Shown in pieces: positions 62,951 through 64,000 of a DNA stretch of 64,000 nucleotides; position 1 is the first letter of the stretch, and each line of letters opens with the position of its first letter. The stretch is from an uncultured Candidatus Saccharibacteria bacterium (GTDB taxonomy: Bacteria; Patescibacteriota; UBA1384; DTJR01). Below the pieces are notes generated by a model. That model worked only from the letters and a program-made list of their open reading frames with translations. It made no database searches and was not told the DNA's origin. Location: contig CAZOJE010000002.1 in the NCBI GenBank assembly GCA_964580065.1, positions 66,978-130,977 on the forward strand, given 5' to 3'. A program made the position numbers and the translations under genes.

Positions 62951-63703
62951 ATGTACTATTTTATTCTGGAACCACCTAAAAATAATACCGAAAAAGTTTT
63001 TCTGGAGCGGCTCAAAGAGCTCTCAAGACAATTTGGTATTGCCAGTGAAATTAGCCAATCCTCCCCCGCCCGATCAGCATCTGAATTAGCTCAAATGGCT
63101 ATTATGAAAAATTATTCTACGATCGTAGCCGTAGGAAGCGAGAACCACATCAATAAGGTTGTTCGGGAGATAATGAAAAACAAACCCAACCAGCACATTG
63201 CTCTTGGCATTGTCTGCACCGAACCCGCTTCCATGCTTTCAGAAAAATGGGGCTTCAAAAGACCGGAGGATGCTTGCGATACGCTCAAATACCGAAAACT
63301 TTCGCGGTTTGACATCGGCTTTATTGAACCAGACATTTATTTTCTTACGAGCGTACATTTAGAGCCAAGAAATCCGATCAAATTGACAATGGAAGTGGAT
63401 AATTGGAAAGCTGAAAGTATTATTACGCGGGCAGAAATATCCAGCAATTTATATATTCTACTTGAACGTCACATTAAAGAAAAGTCTTTATTGCGTTCAA
63501 CCATAAATGTTTTAAGCGGCAGAAAAAACGAACGATACGAACATAGTATTTTTAAAGGTAGAATTATTTCTTTAGACACAATTCCGCCAATTCCTGTTTA
63601 CGTCGGGACAGAAAAAATTGCCAAAACTCCCTTAACGATATACCGCAAACTAAGCGGCTTGAATATTATTACAAAACGTGATAGAGTTTTATCCGAAAGT
63701 TGA
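62951..63703 (+). CDS. DAGK/NAD-kinase-like fold protein with a degenerate GGDGT motif (GSEN)
   Basis: YSTIVAVGSENHINKVVREIM parallels the DAGK_cat (..VAVGGDGTINEVVNGL) layout, but the glycine/aspartate signature is replaced. Confidence 0.35.
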   Translation: MYYFILEPPKNNTEKVFLERLKELSRQFGIASEISQSSPARSASELAQMAIMKNYSTIVAVGSENHINKVVREIMKNKPNQHIALGIVCTEPASMLSEKWGFKRPEDACDTLKYRKLSRFDIGFIEPDIYFLTSVHLEPRNPIKLTMEVDNWKAESIITRAEISSNLYILLERHIKEKSLLRSTINVLSGRKNERYEHSIFKGRIISLDTIPPIPVYVGTEKIAKTPLTIYRKLSGLNIITKRDRVLSES

Positions 63704-63727
63704 TGAAAATTATTAAGGAGAATAATA

Positions 63728-64000
63728 ATTAGCTACCCAAGATATTCACCAAGGGGTTTTGGACAGCAACCGCTTCACAGGATAAACGAAAACATAAGAT
63801 CTCCTCGTGTTTTTGTTGTTGATTCCAATAGTGATGTTTTGGGGGAAATGTCGGTTTACGACGCCATCAATGCGGCTAAGCAACAAGATTTGGACTTAGT
63901 CGAAGTTGGACCAAACGCTAATCCTCCTGTCTGCAAGATTATTGACTACGGAAAATTTAAATACGAGCAGGAAAAAAATCAACAAAAAAATAAGGTTAAA
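63728..64000 (+). CDS. infC: Translation initiation factor IF-3, 5' part (runs off the window), with an AUU start codon
   Basis: AAGGAG RBS 7 nt upstream of ATT. The frame gives ...NENIRSPRVFVVDSNSDVLGEMSVYDAINAAKQQDLDLVEVGPNANPPVCKIIDYGKFKYEQ (IF-3 N-domain). An in-frame stop at 63704 excludes an upstream ATG. Confidence 0.8.
   Translation, partial: MSYPRYSPRGFGQQPLHRINENIRSPRVFVVDSNSDVLGEMSVYDAINAAKQQDLDLVEVGPNANPPVCKIIDYGKFKYEQEKNQQKNKVK

Noticed and set aside
1-64000. CRISPR arrays, integrase genes, toxin-antitoxin pairs, restriction-modification genes
   Set aside because: No direct-repeat/spacer periodicity and no recognisable cas, integrase or TA motifs were seen by eye. The only repeats found are the tRNA-associated hairpins.

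Overview
This 64-kb window comes from a low-GC (about 40%) streamlined genome. The gene content points to a Candidate Phyla Radiation / Saccharibacteria-like bacterium: no L30 gene between rpsE and rplO, a Gram-positive-type envelope (sortase, PEGA protein, MreB, WecG/TagA-like and GT4 glycosyltransferases), and lysine-rich C-terminal tails on many proteins. Most of the window is core machinery.

Gene content by region:
- 0.1-13.6 kb: lexA, a short rel, clpC and nusA; the cell-wall genes wecG-like, PEGA, murA, mreB, a GT4 gene and sortase; cca and an HD 5'-nucleotidase.
- 13.6-19.5 kb: a compositionally mosaic accessory region, described below.
- 19.7-31.8 kb: tsaC; tRNA-Leu(CAA); pgi, eno and two tandem gpmI paralogs; tRNA-Ala(GGC); leuS; rpmF-nusB-rnc; a PaaX-like regulator and dacA.
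- 32.1-58.2 kb: a single minus-strand ribosomal super-cluster, rpoB-rpoC-rpsL-rpsG-fusA-tuf-rpsJ ... secY-map-infA-rpmJ-rpsM-rpsK-rpsD-rpoA-rplQ-rplM-rpsI-rbfA.
- 58.4-64.0 kb: rluB-like, RNase P RNA (rnpB), uvrA, bactofilin, a DAGK-like protein and the start of infC.

The most interesting locus is the accessory region at 13.6-19.5 kb. Two segments in it are GC-rich (about 55%). It carries:
- a Cys-rich ORF of unknown function with its own RBS, terminator hairpin and structured 5' leader;
- an IS30-family transposase remnant;
- a frameshifted aroE;
- a stand-alone HD (p)ppGpp-hydrolase-like gene;
- an HPr-kinase-like P-loop protein with an unidentified partner ORF;
- a 5'-truncated family-II pyrophosphatase (ppaC) fragment next to tRNA-Ala(CGC).

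Both tRNAs near this region are followed by near-identical double-hairpin repeats.

Two other unusual features are an RNA polymerase alpha subunit with no C-terminal domain and an L24 with a C-terminal Cys4 zinc ribbon.

All functional calls rest on motif recognition by eye, without database searches.
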